64,000 nucleotides of DNA from the NCBI GenBank assembly GCA_963727775.1, contig CAVSHB010000003.1, forward strand, positions 352,001 through 416,000, read 5' to 3'. The first letter of the stretch is position 1. Each line of letters begins with the position of its first letter. Shown piece by piece: positions 45,798 to 55,388 of this stretch. Position numbers and translations under genes: made by a program. A model generated the notes under the pieces. The model was not told the origin of the DNA and searched no databases. It saw only the letters and a list, made by a program, of their open reading frames with translations. Source of the stretch: an uncultured Nitrospiraceae bacterium. GTDB lineage: Bacteria > Nitrospirota > Thermodesulfovibrionia > Thermodesulfovibrionales > SM23-35.

Positions 45798-45885
45798 TGA
45801 ATAGAATAATGATTCTGTAAAACCGCTATGTCTATGAAAGCGGGATGTTCAAAAACATGTGTTTTGTGAACAGTGATCGGACCTG

Positions 45886-47403
45886 TCAGGACTTGAGTAT
45901 CATCTGGTTCGTTGATGAGCGCGTTTCTCCTATAGAGGTCACGCGGACGGCGGCTTGATCGCGGATGGGACACTTGTTTTCACAAATCCCGCAACCGATA
46001 CAGAGATTCGGGTCTACATAAGGGCGCTTCAGCATTTTTTTCGTTCCGTCGCGAAGCGCTACCTCAACAGTCTCGAACCAGATCGCCTTCGGGGATGTGG
46101 GGCAGACCTCTTCGCAGACTATGCAGTCGATATTCATCGCCCAGGGCAGGCACCTTCCCCGGTCGTAAAAGGCAGTGCCGATCTTGAGCGGCTTCTGCCC
46201 GGCGCCCTTTCCAAGTTTTTTATCAAGAGTGAGAGGGCCGACGGCGCCGGTAGGGCATACTCGACTGCAGAGCACACAGTTGTACTCGCAGTAACCGATC
46301 CTATTGATCAGTATCGGTGTCCAGATCCCCTCGAACCCCGCCTCCAGTAATGCAGGCTGGATCGCGTTGGTCGGACAGACTTTCATGCACTCCCCGCACT
46401 TGATGCACCGCCGGAGGAAGTCCTCTTCGGAGAGGGAACCGGGAGGCCTGATCACGCGATACTGCGGTGACGTTTTGGAGGTGATGGTGCTTCGCATTAG
46501 GGGAAAGAGGACCGCCCCTGCGAGGGCGCTCTCGATCAGCCTGCGACGGTTTACGTCGAGAGGCATCTGGGCAGAGCTTGAGGGTTTTGGCAGGCCGTAA
46601 TGGATCGCGCCCTCTGGGCAGTCTTCGATGCAGTTCATACAAAGATGACATTCGGTGACCCGAAGGGCCGAGTGGGGATCACATCCGCCATGACAGTGGC
46701 CGAGGCATTTTTTGCAGTCGGTGCAAAGGTCGACGTCGCGCCATATCCTGAAGAGAGGCCGGAAAGAAAGTAATCCGAGTAGCGCGCCCAAGGGACAGAC
46801 CGCACGGCACCAGAATCGCGGCAGAAACCTATTCGCAAAGATCACCGCGAGGAAGATAAGACCCAGCAAAGTTCCGCCATTAAAAAGGGGCTGCTTCAGA
46901 TAGAGCCAACCCTGGCTGTGATTAATCGCCGGGAATACCGAGATAGCGAAGGACCGCGTGATAAATGGAATCGGATCGAGCAATCCGGTCTGGAGCGAAC
47001 CAAAAGCGGCAAGGGCGAGGAATAGAGCAAGGAAATAGTATTTGAGACGGTAGAGAGTGCGATAGGAATTCAGTGCAACGGTATCTACCGCCCTCAGCCT
47101 GGTAAAGATGCTTCCCGCAATCTGGTTGATGATGCCCATCGGACACACCCACGAACAGAAGAAGCGGCCGAAAAAGAGTGTCCCGCTAATGATAAAGAGC
47201 GAAAGGGCGAGTCCCTTATAGACTGTCCAACTGGTGAGAAAAGTGGCAATAGCAGTGAGGGGGTCGAACTCCAGAAAGAGCGGGGTCTCGTAGCCCTTCA
47301 TGCGCCTGAAACTCGTCAGCCAAAGAAGAAGTATGAAAAGCACTATGAAAAAGGCTGCGTAAGTTCTCCTGATATTTCTCAGGGTCAGGAGCTTTCGGAT
47401 CAT
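45886..47403 (-). CDS. Membrane polyferredoxin (NapH/MauN-like fused to NapG/MauM-like 4Fe-4S domain)
   Basis: GRFFCSWVCPMG, RFWCRAVCPLG, IRPPGS, several CxxCxxCxxxCP motifs. Confidence 0.85.
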   Translation of the reverse strand: MIRKLLTLRNIRRTYAAFFIVLFILLLWLTSFRRMKGYETPLFLEFDPLTAIATFLTSWTVYKGLALSLFIISGTLFFGRFFCSWVCPMGIINQIAGSIFTRLRAVDTVALNSYRTLYRLKYYFLALFLALAAFGSLQTGLLDPIPFITRSFAISVFPAINHSQGWLYLKQPLFNGGTLLGLIFLAVIFANRFLPRFWCRAVCPLGALLGLLSFRPLFRIWRDVDLCTDCKKCLGHCHGGCDPHSALRVTECHLCMNCIEDCPEGAIHYGLPKPSSSAQMPLDVNRRRLIESALAGAVLFPLMRSTITSKTSPQYRVIRPPGSLSEEDFLRRCIKCGECMKVCPTNAIQPALLEAGFEGIWTPILINRIGYCEYNCVLCSRVCPTGAVGPLTLDKKLGKGAGQKPLKIGTAFYDRGRCLPWAMNIDCIVCEEVCPTSPKAIWFETVEVALRDGTKKMLKRPYVDPNLCIGCGICENKCPIRDQAAVRVTSIGETRSSTNQMILKS

Positions 47404-48392
47404 ACGTTTATTTCGGCAACGTTGAGCGATTTCAAATCGGAAATCCCGAGGCCTCTTTGTTCCGCCATTAGGATAAAGGGAATATCCTCAACCTTCAGAT
47501 CAAGAAACCTCAGTCCATAAGACTCGATTGCTACCAGGTCCACTCCAGCGATAAGCGTGTTCTCTATGGATACGTCCGAAAGGTTGCCGCCGGTCGGACC
47601 GTTTCTCTTGAGTACCCTCGTGGCATCCATGACAGTGAGTGTCGGTCTGATCGCGCAGGCGAGGTCGGCGATTGCGGTATTTATGTCCTGATGCAGGCGG
47701 TTCCTCTGTCCTCCGAGGGAGCCGTAAAGGTTTTTCATGGCCATTGTGCACTTGCTCAGAGAGTGGTGTTTCACGACCGGCAAATTGATAAGCTTATCGG
47801 CCTGGTGGTAGAATGCGCTTACCGGCCACACCTTGAGAGATTCGCCCTTCAGGTCGGTGAGGACAAAGTCGTTTTCGGTAGTCAATCTGATCTTTCCGCC
47901 CGCTCTCTTCACCGCATCCTCGATTCCGGAACGGGCGAAACATCTGTAGGGATCGTTGACCGAAACATCTGTTGCCCAGACCTCCGATGCCCGCGCCTCC
48001 AGACAAAGCTTGACGACTGCAGCAACCACCGCGGGATTGGTGTTGGCCGCCTGCTCCGGCTGTCTGTCCCATGCGGCATTCGGCTTTAGCAAGATCTTTT
48101 CGCCGGGGTTCACAAACCGGCCCATGCCGCCGATCTTTTCGATAGCGGCCCGGACCATCTTCTCCACGTCCCGGCCGTGGACCACCGCAAGCTTAGGATA
48201 GACCGGTTTCTCTTCGGTGCGGAAGTCCTTGAAGGTGAGGATCCTGCCGTCGCTCCTGCGAACCGGCTCTTTACTGTAAAAGACATATCCCCACACGCCT
48301 GCGGTTGCTGCGAGACCGCACGTGGCGGCGGTCCTCACGAGAAATTGTCTCCTGCTAATGCCCGGTTCCCTTTTGTTATTCTTCGATGGCAT
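47400..48392 (-). CDS. DUF362-domain protein with twin-arginine-like leader
   Basis: SRRQFL, LLKPN, NTNP, INLPVVKHH, MAMKNLYG. Confidence 0.8.
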   Translation of the reverse strand: MPSKNNKREPGISRRQFLVRTAATCGLAATAGVWGYVFYSKEPVRRSDGRILTFKDFRTEEKPVYPKLAVVHGRDVEKMVRAAIEKIGGMGRFVNPGEKILLKPNAAWDRQPEQAANTNPAVVAAVVKLCLEARASEVWATDVSVNDPYRCFARSGIEDAVKRAGGKIRLTTENDFVLTDLKGESLKVWPVSAFYHQADKLINLPVVKHHSLSKCTMAMKNLYGSLGGQRNRLHQDINTAIADLACAIRPTLTVMDATRVLKRNGPTGGNLSDVSIENTLIAGVDLVAIESYGLRFLDLKVEDIPFILMAEQRGLGISDLKSLNVAEINV

Positions 48393-48411
48393 AGGACCAC
48401 CTCAAGGGTTT

Positions 48412-49380
48412 TTACCCCTTCTCCTTCATAAAGAAATTCAAGATTTCTTCGTCATCCGTCCCGAACACACCGAAAACCGCATCGCGAGACCGGATGAGAA
48501 ACCAGTTGCCCTCATATCTGTCCATCACCTTGTACACTTCTTTGCCGCCCCTTTCGGTCTTTTCGTACCGCATCCCGGATTTTCTAAAGTAGTCAAGAAA
48601 GGAGGACAGCAGTGACCGCATTTCACGTTCACTGCCTGCCATGAGTGCCACCTTGATCTTTCCGCTGCCTGTGGAGTATTCGCGCTCGATCACATTATGG
48701 AGAAAATCGAGACCGCGATACCCCTCTTTTGCAAACCTCGTGTTCTCGACCTTTCCGAGATCAGGGAACTTCGAGAAGACCTCGAAGGAATCCTGTCCTG
48801 CGGGAAGAGTGTCAGCGAACCCCTTCGCGAATTTGATTACCGGCGTCTTCGGGCTGAAGGCCGATATCTTGACGTAATACCTGCCCTTGATGTAGTTCAC
48901 GCCGCCTGAGGTCTTGTATCCTATCGTTCCCACTGAGACCGGAGGAGGGTTTTCTCCAGACTCATCCGCCAGGACCCCGAAGGCCTGGATGCTTTTACCC
49001 ATGTCAAAGACCTCAGCCTGGATCTCCGCCTGTGTCGCCTTTGACCCCGCTGCAGTGTACTCAGTCACCGTCAGCCCTTGAAACCCGGCACTGATAAAAT
49101 ATTCCGCATGGCCGTCTACATGTTCATAAAGATTTTCCTTTGTGTAACGATGGGCCTCACCTAACTTCCGGAAGCCCGCGATGTCCTTAACGACAGGGAG
49201 AGGCTGCGACTCTTGTACAGCCTGAGGTGAAGCTGCAGGACCAGGGACTTCCTGCCGAGCCGTTGTCTTGAAGTCTATCAGGGCGGGATCATACTTCTGG
49301 CCTCTGAAATATACGACCCCGGCGATAAGCGGCAGCAGCCCAATCAGAAGAAGGCGGTATTTAAGCGGGACCGAGTTCAT
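48412..49380 (-). CDS. Membrane-anchored periplasmic protein (DUF6599-like)
   Basis: N-terminal TM, NLYEHVDGHAEYF, EVFDMG, KGRYYVKI. Start taken as ATG 49380. Confidence 0.6.
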   Translation of the reverse strand: MNSVPLKYRLLLIGLLPLIAGVVYFRGQKYDPALIDFKTTARQEVPGPAASPQAVQESQPLPVVKDIAGFRKLGEAHRYTKENLYEHVDGHAEYFISAGFQGLTVTEYTAAGSKATQAEIQAEVFDMGKSIQAFGVLADESGENPPPVSVGTIGYKTSGGVNYIKGRYYVKISAFSPKTPVIKFAKGFADTLPAGQDSFEVFSKFPDLGKVENTRFAKEGYRGLDFLHNVIEREYSTGSGKIKVALMAGSEREMRSLLSSFLDYFRKSGMRYEKTERGGKEVYKVMDRYEGNWFLIRSRDAVFGVFGTDDEEILNFFMKEKG

Positions 49381-49390
49381 CAGACCCGCA

Positions 49391-50581
49391 TCAGACAATG
49401 AACGACATCGACTCATGGGCATCGCAGAGCATGTCTTTCACAGGAAGACCATGGGGACAGCTGCCGATACAACCCGGATCAACACAGCCGGAGCAGGCTG
49501 ATGCGTTCTTTTTCAATAGGGCATAGGATTCCATCGCCCTCTTTTCCATGCCGTAGTCCCTGAAATACATCCGGTATCTCATGACCGAGGCGATCTCAAC
49601 TCCCAGGGCGCACGATCTCTCGCACTCTCCACAGCCTGTTCTGCAGTATTCGCTGCCATACAAACGGGCATAACGATCGAGGACATCCTGATCGGCGGCG
49701 GTGAATTTTCCGCCCGAGGCCTTAAGATAGAGCTCGATATCAGAAGCTGTCTTCATTGTGATGATGAGGCCGCTCACCTCCGGCTGCTTCAACACCCACT
49801 TGAACGCCGCATGGGAGAACTCCCCTCCTTTGCCTTCTACATTCATATCCTTTGCGCCGGCGAGGGTCTTCATGGCGATCACGCCCACCCCTTTTCTGTG
49901 GGCTTCCTTCATGACCTCGGGCAACTTCGGAAACTTCATGAAGTTGAAGGACGGCTGGATCAGATCGAAGCGGCCTGATTTAACCGCAATCATCAGGAGT
50001 TCTTCCATATTGTTGGGTCCGTGAGAAGAGGTGCCGAGAAAACGGACCTTTCCCGCCTTTTTCAGTTCAGCCACGGCCTCGAACATCTCATCATCTAGGA
50101 GCCTTTTTTTCTCGGCTTCCAGGTCTTTGTTCATCTCACCTATGGCGTGCACAAAACAGAAATCGAGGTAATCGGTCTTCATCCTCGACAGGCTTCCCTC
50201 GACCGAGGCAATGTAATCTTTCTTCTTCGAACCCAGAGGGAGATGACCGGGATACGGCTGGGGGTTACAGAATTTCGAGGTAATGATGACCTTGTCCCTC
50301 CGGATCTTGCCCATGGCTTCGCCGATCGTCTTTTCAGATTGGCCGTAATCCGGGGCGGTGTCAAAATAGTTGATGCCGCTGTCGATAGCCCTGAGGACCA
50401 TCGAGGCGGCTGAAAGTTTTCCGGCGCCGAAGGAAATATCACTCATCTTCAACCCGGTCTTTCCGATTTCACGATAACTTTTGACAGAAGGTATGCCGGC
50501 AACTGTTTCCGCATGAAGCGGAGGAACTGCCACAGCGGCTGCGGTGAGAGCCGCCACCTTGAGAAAATCGCGTCGTTTCAT
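49391..50581 (-). CDS. Tat-leader aldo/keto reductase with C-terminal 4Fe-4S domain
   Basis: MKRRDFLK, GINYFDTAPDYG, IAMKTLAG, C-terminal Cys clusters. Confidence 0.88.
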   Translation of the reverse strand: MKRRDFLKVAALTAAAVAVPPLHAETVAGIPSVKSYREIGKTGLKMSDISFGAGKLSAASMVLRAIDSGINYFDTAPDYGQSEKTIGEAMGKIRRDKVIITSKFCNPQPYPGHLPLGSKKKDYIASVEGSLSRMKTDYLDFCFVHAIGEMNKDLEAEKKRLLDDEMFEAVAELKKAGKVRFLGTSSHGPNNMEELLMIAVKSGRFDLIQPSFNFMKFPKLPEVMKEAHRKGVGVIAMKTLAGAKDMNVEGKGGEFSHAAFKWVLKQPEVSGLIITMKTASDIELYLKASGGKFTAADQDVLDRYARLYGSEYCRTGCGECERSCALGVEIASVMRYRMYFRDYGMEKRAMESYALLKKNASACSGCVDPGCIGSCPHGLPVKDMLCDAHESMSFIV

Positions 50582-50992
50582 AATGAGACCTCCTCCTCCG
50601 GCTGATAGATGACATCACGCCGAAAAGTTATTAACACGCGGTCATTTATAATTAGCATACTAAATCAGCGCAAATTTTTAAAAGGACCACATATCATTTC
50701 GTATCGATTTCTATTTGAGGCAACGGGTCCCCGGGGACACCATAGTATAATCGCATGGCAAGAATCGCACGGCGTGTAACCGCTTCACCGGGGGGCATTA
50801 TTTTATACAGTTGAAAAAGGTTCAACTGATTCTCAATATAAGCCTTAAAGAGTTAATAACTAATGATAGTGAGGGATATTAATCAATAACAATTATTATC
50901 CGAATTAGATTAACTTCAAGCATTGTTTTTATCATTTAATCAGCTCTTGATATATCTCAAAAAAAGAGTAAACTTATAATCAAGAGAAGAAA

Positions 50993-51153
50993 TTGCGATA
51001 CTCAGGACGGATTAAACCTGAGATTATAAGCAGTAAAGGGAGCGGGAGTTGGATGCGGTGATCAGCCTCCGGCAGTACCAGCAGTAAAGGAGGAAAGAAG
51101 CATCTGCCGAAGCCCCTTAGAAAGCTCAAGGTTTTCCGGATCTGAGTTCGCAA
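50993..51153 (+). ncRNA. ssrS: 6S-like RNA, copy 1
   Basis: Rod-like fold closed by TTGCGA..CTCAG / CTGAG..TCGCAA; AAACCTGAG pairs with CTCAAGGTTT; A-rich central bubble; TATAAT at 50975-50980. Confidence 0.65.
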
Positions 51154-51163
51154 GTAAAAGAAA

Positions 51164-51330
51164 TTGCGATACTCAGGGCGGGATTAAACCTGAGGATCAA
51201 CCGTAGAAGGGGAAGCAGGAGTTAGATGCCGGTGAGTAAGCCTCCAGCAGCGAGGAGGAAACCTAAAGGCATCTACCGAAGCACCCACTTAGACGAAAGA
51301 GCTCAAGGTATCCCGGAACTGAGATCGCAA
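51164..51330 (+). ncRNA. ssrS: 6S-like RNA, copy 2
   Basis: Same closing stems as copy 1 with a diverged interior; GCACCCACTT...GCTCAAGG resembles the 3' strand of 6S RNA. Confidence 0.65.
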
Positions 51331-51578
51331 GTTATGCTGGAGCCATAAAAGGGTGTTTGGTCATTCTGCCGAGGCAAAGGCAGAAGTTGAAATTGCCGGC
51401 GCAGAGAGGTTGTCCAATCAAGTTGAACCCTTAAATTGGCTCTATTTATTTTGTGCATATTAAGCTTTTCTTTTTTATAAATGTTTTTCTCTAATTTTTA
51501 TATGCAGCATTGGTAATCCCGGCCGTTGCCCTTTAAGACCAATATAATTATACAAAGCCTGCCCCGCCACGTTCTATT

Positions 51579-52022
51579 TTAATGCAATATCGACACTGCC
51601 GGCCTTCCGCTCGGATCGTTTTTTGCAGGGTCCCAAAGGATATAAACTTTGCCGTAGGTTTCTTCCATGCCTTTCAGCGTCTTTGCCCCTTCTTCAGGAG
51701 AAAGGTCAGGGAGAGTCGGCTCTACTTTCTTAAGCTCGATCTTATGGTAGTGCCAGAGCGCCTTTTCTTTCTTCGGGAATTTTTTCCATGTCTCTTTGTC
51801 CACAACCACCTCAACACCTATGAGCCTTGCATCCGGCTTGTCGCTGTCATAAAGCTGGCATTCAAAGAGTCCGCCTGATACTTGCTTGCAATAGTGGTGA
51901 GCGATCATGTCGGGCATCTTGGGAATATGCTTTTTTGCATTAATGTGGAGGGTCCAACCCTCGGTCGGTTTCATGTCCTGCTGTGCCGTCTTTTCCTCGG
52001 CAGACACCGTAAACATGACCAA
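51579..52022 (-). CDS. DUF1264/OBAP-like exported protein
   Basis: AHHYC, CQLYDS...ARLIGVE, LWHYHK, TYGK. Start uncertain. Confidence 0.75.
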   Translation of the reverse strand: MVMFTVSAEEKTAQQDMKPTEGWTLHINAKKHIPKMPDMIAHHYCKQVSGGLFECQLYDSDKPDARLIGVEVVVDKETWKKFPKKEKALWHYHKIELKKVEPTLPDLSPEEGAKTLKGMEETYGKVYILWDPAKNDPSGRPAVSILH

Positions 52023-52209
52023 TAATGCAAAAGAAAAAACTAAGACTGAGATAGTAAATATCTTTCTAAAGGGCGGAGTAATGAATCCTTCCCGGACTTT
52101 GTAACCTTTTGATTGTTTTCAAAGTCTATTATAATAAAAAGAGATGGATAAGAAATTTCTTAATTGTGGAGGAGAGAATAAAAAAGCCTCTGCACAAAAG
52201 GAGATGGAA

Positions 52210-52584
52210 ATGAAAAAGGCAGTTTGTGTTGTCGTTGGCGTTTTGTTACTGCTCTTTGCAATCACCATCCCTGGCTATGCACGTGATGGTGGTCACTTTT
52301 ATGGCGGCGGACACTTTCATGGTGGGGGTATCTGGATCGGGCCAGGATGGGGCGGATGGGATCCGTGGTGGTGGGGCCCTCCATACTATCCGTACTACTA
52401 TCCTGAACCACCCGTGGTCATCCAGCAGCAGCCTCCGGCATATGTCGAGCCGAGACCGCAGCCGGAGGAACAGTATTACTGGTATTTCTGCCGAAAACCT
52501 GAGGGATACTATCCTTACGTGAAGAAGTGTCCTGGTGGATGGCTTAAGGTAGTTCCGCCAACTCCACAGGACGAGGAGGAGTGA
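52210..52584 (+). CDS. Exported Gly/Pro/Tyr-rich hypothetical protein
   Basis: Signal peptide; conserved-looking YWYFC...GYYPYVKKCPGGWLKV. Confidence 0.7.
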   Translation: MKKAVCVVVGVLLLLFAITIPGYARDGGHFYGGGHFHGGGIWIGPGWGGWDPWWWGPPYYPYYYPEPPVVIQQQPPAYVEPRPQPEEQYYWYFCRKPEGYYPYVKKCPGGWLKVVPPTPQDEEE

Positions 52585-52588
52585 AGAC

Positions 52589-53131
52589 ATGGTGAAGCGC
52601 AACAGAATCAACATAAGCATTTTTTTATCTCTGGTTCTGGTGACGGTTGCCGGATGTGCGACTGTTCCCAGGGGGCCGAGTGTCATGGCCCTGCCGGGCT
52701 CCGGAAAGACCTTTGAACAATTTCAGGCTGATGACATCAATTGCAGGCAGTGGGCGGCACAGCAGATCGGGCTGTCCCCTCAGGAGACTATCAATCAGAA
52801 TACTGCCACAGGGGCTGTTGTCGGCACGGCCATTGGCGCAGGGCTCGGCGCAGCTATAGGTGCTGCTTCAGGGCATGCAGGTACCGGTGCAGCTATCGGC
52901 GCAGGCAGCGGACTTTTGGTTGGAACTGCCTCAGGCGCCAACGCCGGTCAATTTTACGGACGGGAAGCGCAGCATCGGTACGATATTGCGTATACACAGT
53001 GCATGTATGCCAAAGGGAATGAGATTCCAGGGGTGGTGACGCGGACACGCCGTTCACCTCGTAGGATTGCCCCACCTCCTCCGCCACCAGGCCCGGGCTA
53101 TTACCCGGATACAGAGCCGCCGGAGAATTAG
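52589..53131 (+). CDS. Glycine-zipper lipoprotein
   Basis: Lipobox VAGC, GAxxGA repeats, YxQCMYAKG. Confidence 0.8.
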   Translation: MVKRNRINISIFLSLVLVTVAGCATVPRGPSVMALPGSGKTFEQFQADDINCRQWAAQQIGLSPQETINQNTATGAVVGTAIGAGLGAAIGAASGHAGTGAAIGAGSGLLVGTASGANAGQFYGREAQHRYDIAYTQCMYAKGNEIPGVVTRTRRSPRRIAPPPPPPGPGYYPDTEPPEN

Positions 53132-53171
53132 AGGTGCTTGGCCCGAATAATTCGTAAACGCATGATGCAAA

Positions 53172-53271
53172 AGCAGATGCAGTATTGGCGCTCATTTCTC
53201 GGTCCGCTTTCAGCGGCCCTCCGAGGTACAGAGTGTACACTCTGTAAAGCCGCTCCAATGCTGCATCTGCT
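53172..53271. repeat. Structured dispersed repeat, copy 5 (inverted relative to copies 1-3)
   Basis: CGCTCATTTCTCG-hairpin-CTCCGAGGTA-hairpin-TAAAGCCGC within a 17-bp outer stem. Confidence 0.85.
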
Positions 53272-53330
53272 CTTCTATCGCGAAAAATCCATGAATAATA
53301 AAGGTTAGCAGCGACTGCAAAATGTGTATC

Positions 53331-53624
53331 TTATTGTTTCAAGATTACGATTGTAGCACCCCAACTGCCACTGGTCTCTCCCGCCAAGCCGAATGAAACA
53401 ACCTCAGGCAGACGCTTAAGAATGGAATGAACGGTCTCCCGGAGAGCGCCAGTTCCTTTTCCATGGATAATACGAACTTCAAGGATTCCTTTTTCCCGGC
53501 ATAATGTGAGATATTCCGGCAGGAGGTCTTTTACCTCGCGGGGATGAAAGGTGTGCAGATCCAAAGTCCCGTCAATCGGCAGTTCAACCGGTTCCAAATT
53601 ATCTTCTCGGCGATCCTTGTTCAT
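53331..53624 (-). CDS. Smr/MutS2 C-terminal domain protein
   Basis: LDLHTF, IIHGKGTGALR, WGATIV. Confidence 0.9.
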   Translation of the reverse strand: MNKDRREDNLEPVELPIDGTLDLHTFHPREVKDLLPEYLTLCREKGILEVRIIHGKGTGALRETVHSILKRLPEVVSFGLAGETSGSWGATIVILKQ

Positions 53625-53769
53625 TTTTATTGAATTGAGGGGTACTACCTTTGAAGTACTTCAATCTGCCCTTTCATGCCAAAGAAGGGATGAAACGGTT
53701 TGTCGCAATAAAAGTTGTATATACCGGTTTCCGACGTTATTTTTTGCCATCAAGTTGTTAAATTAATTT

Positions 53770-55296
53770 CTAAGCCATTTGCAATGAGAGGTATTTTAAT
53801 TTTTTTATTGCGTTTACCTCGATCTGCCGTATTCTTTCACGTGTGACATCAAACTGCATCCCCACCTCTTCAAGGGTATGAGGGGCGTCTTCACCAATCC
53901 CGTACCTTTTTCTGATGATCGTTTCTTCCCTTGGCGGCAATGAGCTCAAAATTATTTCCAACTTTTCTTTCATGTCATTCTGAAGTACGGAATCAAGCGG
54001 GGACAATGAAGCCTTATCTTCTATAAAGTCTTTAAGAAAGCTATCTTCGTCTCCGATTGGCGTTTCCAGAGAGATAGGTTCTTTTGATATCTTCAGTATC
54101 TCGTTTACCTTTTCAGTAGGAATTTTTGATCTCTCGGTGATTTCACCAGGTGTCGGCTCCTTACCTATCTCCTGTACGAGTTCCCTTGATACTTTTATTA
54201 TCTTATTGATCGTTTCGACCATATGAACAGGAATTCTTATTGTTCTTGATTGGTCCGCGAGGGACCTTGCTATCGCCTGTCTGATCCACCACGTAGCATA
54301 TGTGCTGAATTTGTATCCGCGCTTGTATTCGAACTTGTCAACAGCTCTTATGAGTCCTCTGTTTCCCTCTTGTATGAGATCCGAGAGGCTCAGTCCTCTC
54401 CCCATATAGCGCTTCGCAATATTTATGACTAGACGGAGATTCGCTTCAATTAAGGATTTTTTCGCGTCACATACCTCTTCTTCTCCCTGCATGAGCGCTC
54501 TTAATGCCTGTTGCATCTCGGCAGAAGTCATGCCGAAAAGGTCCTCTATCTGCTCTATTCTTTTTCTGTACATAAGACATTCTTTTTCTTTGTCTGTTTT
54601 TGAATTCCTTGCCTTTTTGAGTACACCTGCGGCCCTCTGCTGCAGATCGGTTACTTCAGCGACCGAATTTTTAAGTTCTTCAGAAAACGCTGTTATGACA
54701 TCCTCTTTTAATCTGAGAGCGTTTACCTTTTCAAGTATCTGTTTTCTGTTTTCTTCGAGTGAATTATGTAAGTGTCGGTAGTTTTTGGCACTTTTTATCG
54801 GTATGCGGTGTAAAGAACTTACCGGAGCAAGCATAGGCTCAGCTATATTTAGTGTTTTAAGATAAACCTTCCTTTTCTGATTCAATAGATTTATCTTTGT
54901 TGTAAGCTTATAAAAACTTTCTTTTTCCAAATGCATACCCGTTTCATTAAGGTCTTCGTTATTCTGGATGATCTCGGCAAGCGATATTTCTTCGTTTATA
55001 ACCATTTTGCCCAGAGCCGCAAGTCTTTTAAGGACAAAAGGCATTGAAAATATTATCCCGTAAACCTTCTCGTTTCCGGCTTCTATTTTCTTTGCAATCT
55101 CAACTTCGCCTTCTTTGGTAAGCAGCGGCACACCTCGTATTTCCCTCAGATATATACGAACAAGATCTTTTTCGCCTTCGATGTAAGGTGTTGCCACAGC
55201 TTTGTCTTTCGGTGACTCTTCATTCACGTCTGCCTCAAAACATAGAGTATCCGCATCCTTATCATAGCCGTCAAACCTGTCAAAATAATTTTTCAT
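53770..55296 (-). CDS. sigma70-family RpoD-like sigma factor (paralogue)
   Basis: Region 1.2 YLREI; regions 2-4 [41 protein letters not shown]. No evident region 1.1. Confidence 0.9.
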   Translation of the reverse strand: MKNYFDRFDGYDKDADTLCFEADVNEESPKDKAVATPYIEGEKDLVRIYLREIRGVPLLTKEGEVEIAKKIEAGNEKVYGIIFSMPFVLKRLAALGKMVINEEISLAEIIQNNEDLNETGMHLEKESFYKLTTKINLLNQKRKVYLKTLNIAEPMLAPVSSLHRIPIKSAKNYRHLHNSLEENRKQILEKVNALRLKEDVITAFSEELKNSVAEVTDLQQRAAGVLKKARNSKTDKEKECLMYRKRIEQIEDLFGMTSAEMQQALRALMQGEEEVCDAKKSLIEANLRLVINIAKRYMGRGLSLSDLIQEGNRGLIRAVDKFEYKRGYKFSTYATWWIRQAIARSLADQSRTIRIPVHMVETINKIIKVSRELVQEIGKEPTPGEITERSKIPTEKVNEILKISKEPISLETPIGDEDSFLKDFIEDKASLSPLDSVLQNDMKEKLEIILSSLPPREETIIRKRYGIGEDAPHTLEEVGMQFDVTRERIRQIEVNAIKKLKYLSLQMA

Positions 55297-55371
55297 AAGA
55301 TGTCTCCCTTACGTAAAGCTGTCGGTAAAATGATTTATGCCTAAAAGGGCACGAGTATGTCATAGATATAG

Positions 55372-55388
55372 AGCAAAAGGAATGCCAA
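55372..55388 (-). promoter_or_regulatory. sigma54 (-24/-12) promoter
   Basis: Minus strand TTGGCATTCCTTTTGCT, ~75 bp upstream of the sigma gene start. Confidence 0.7.

Noticed and set aside
50993..51330. Tandem glycine or FMN riboswitch
   Set aside because: The GCCGAAG and CTCAGGGCGGG resemblances are superficial. There is no downstream gene on the + strand, and the end-to-end rod fold fits 6S RNA better.
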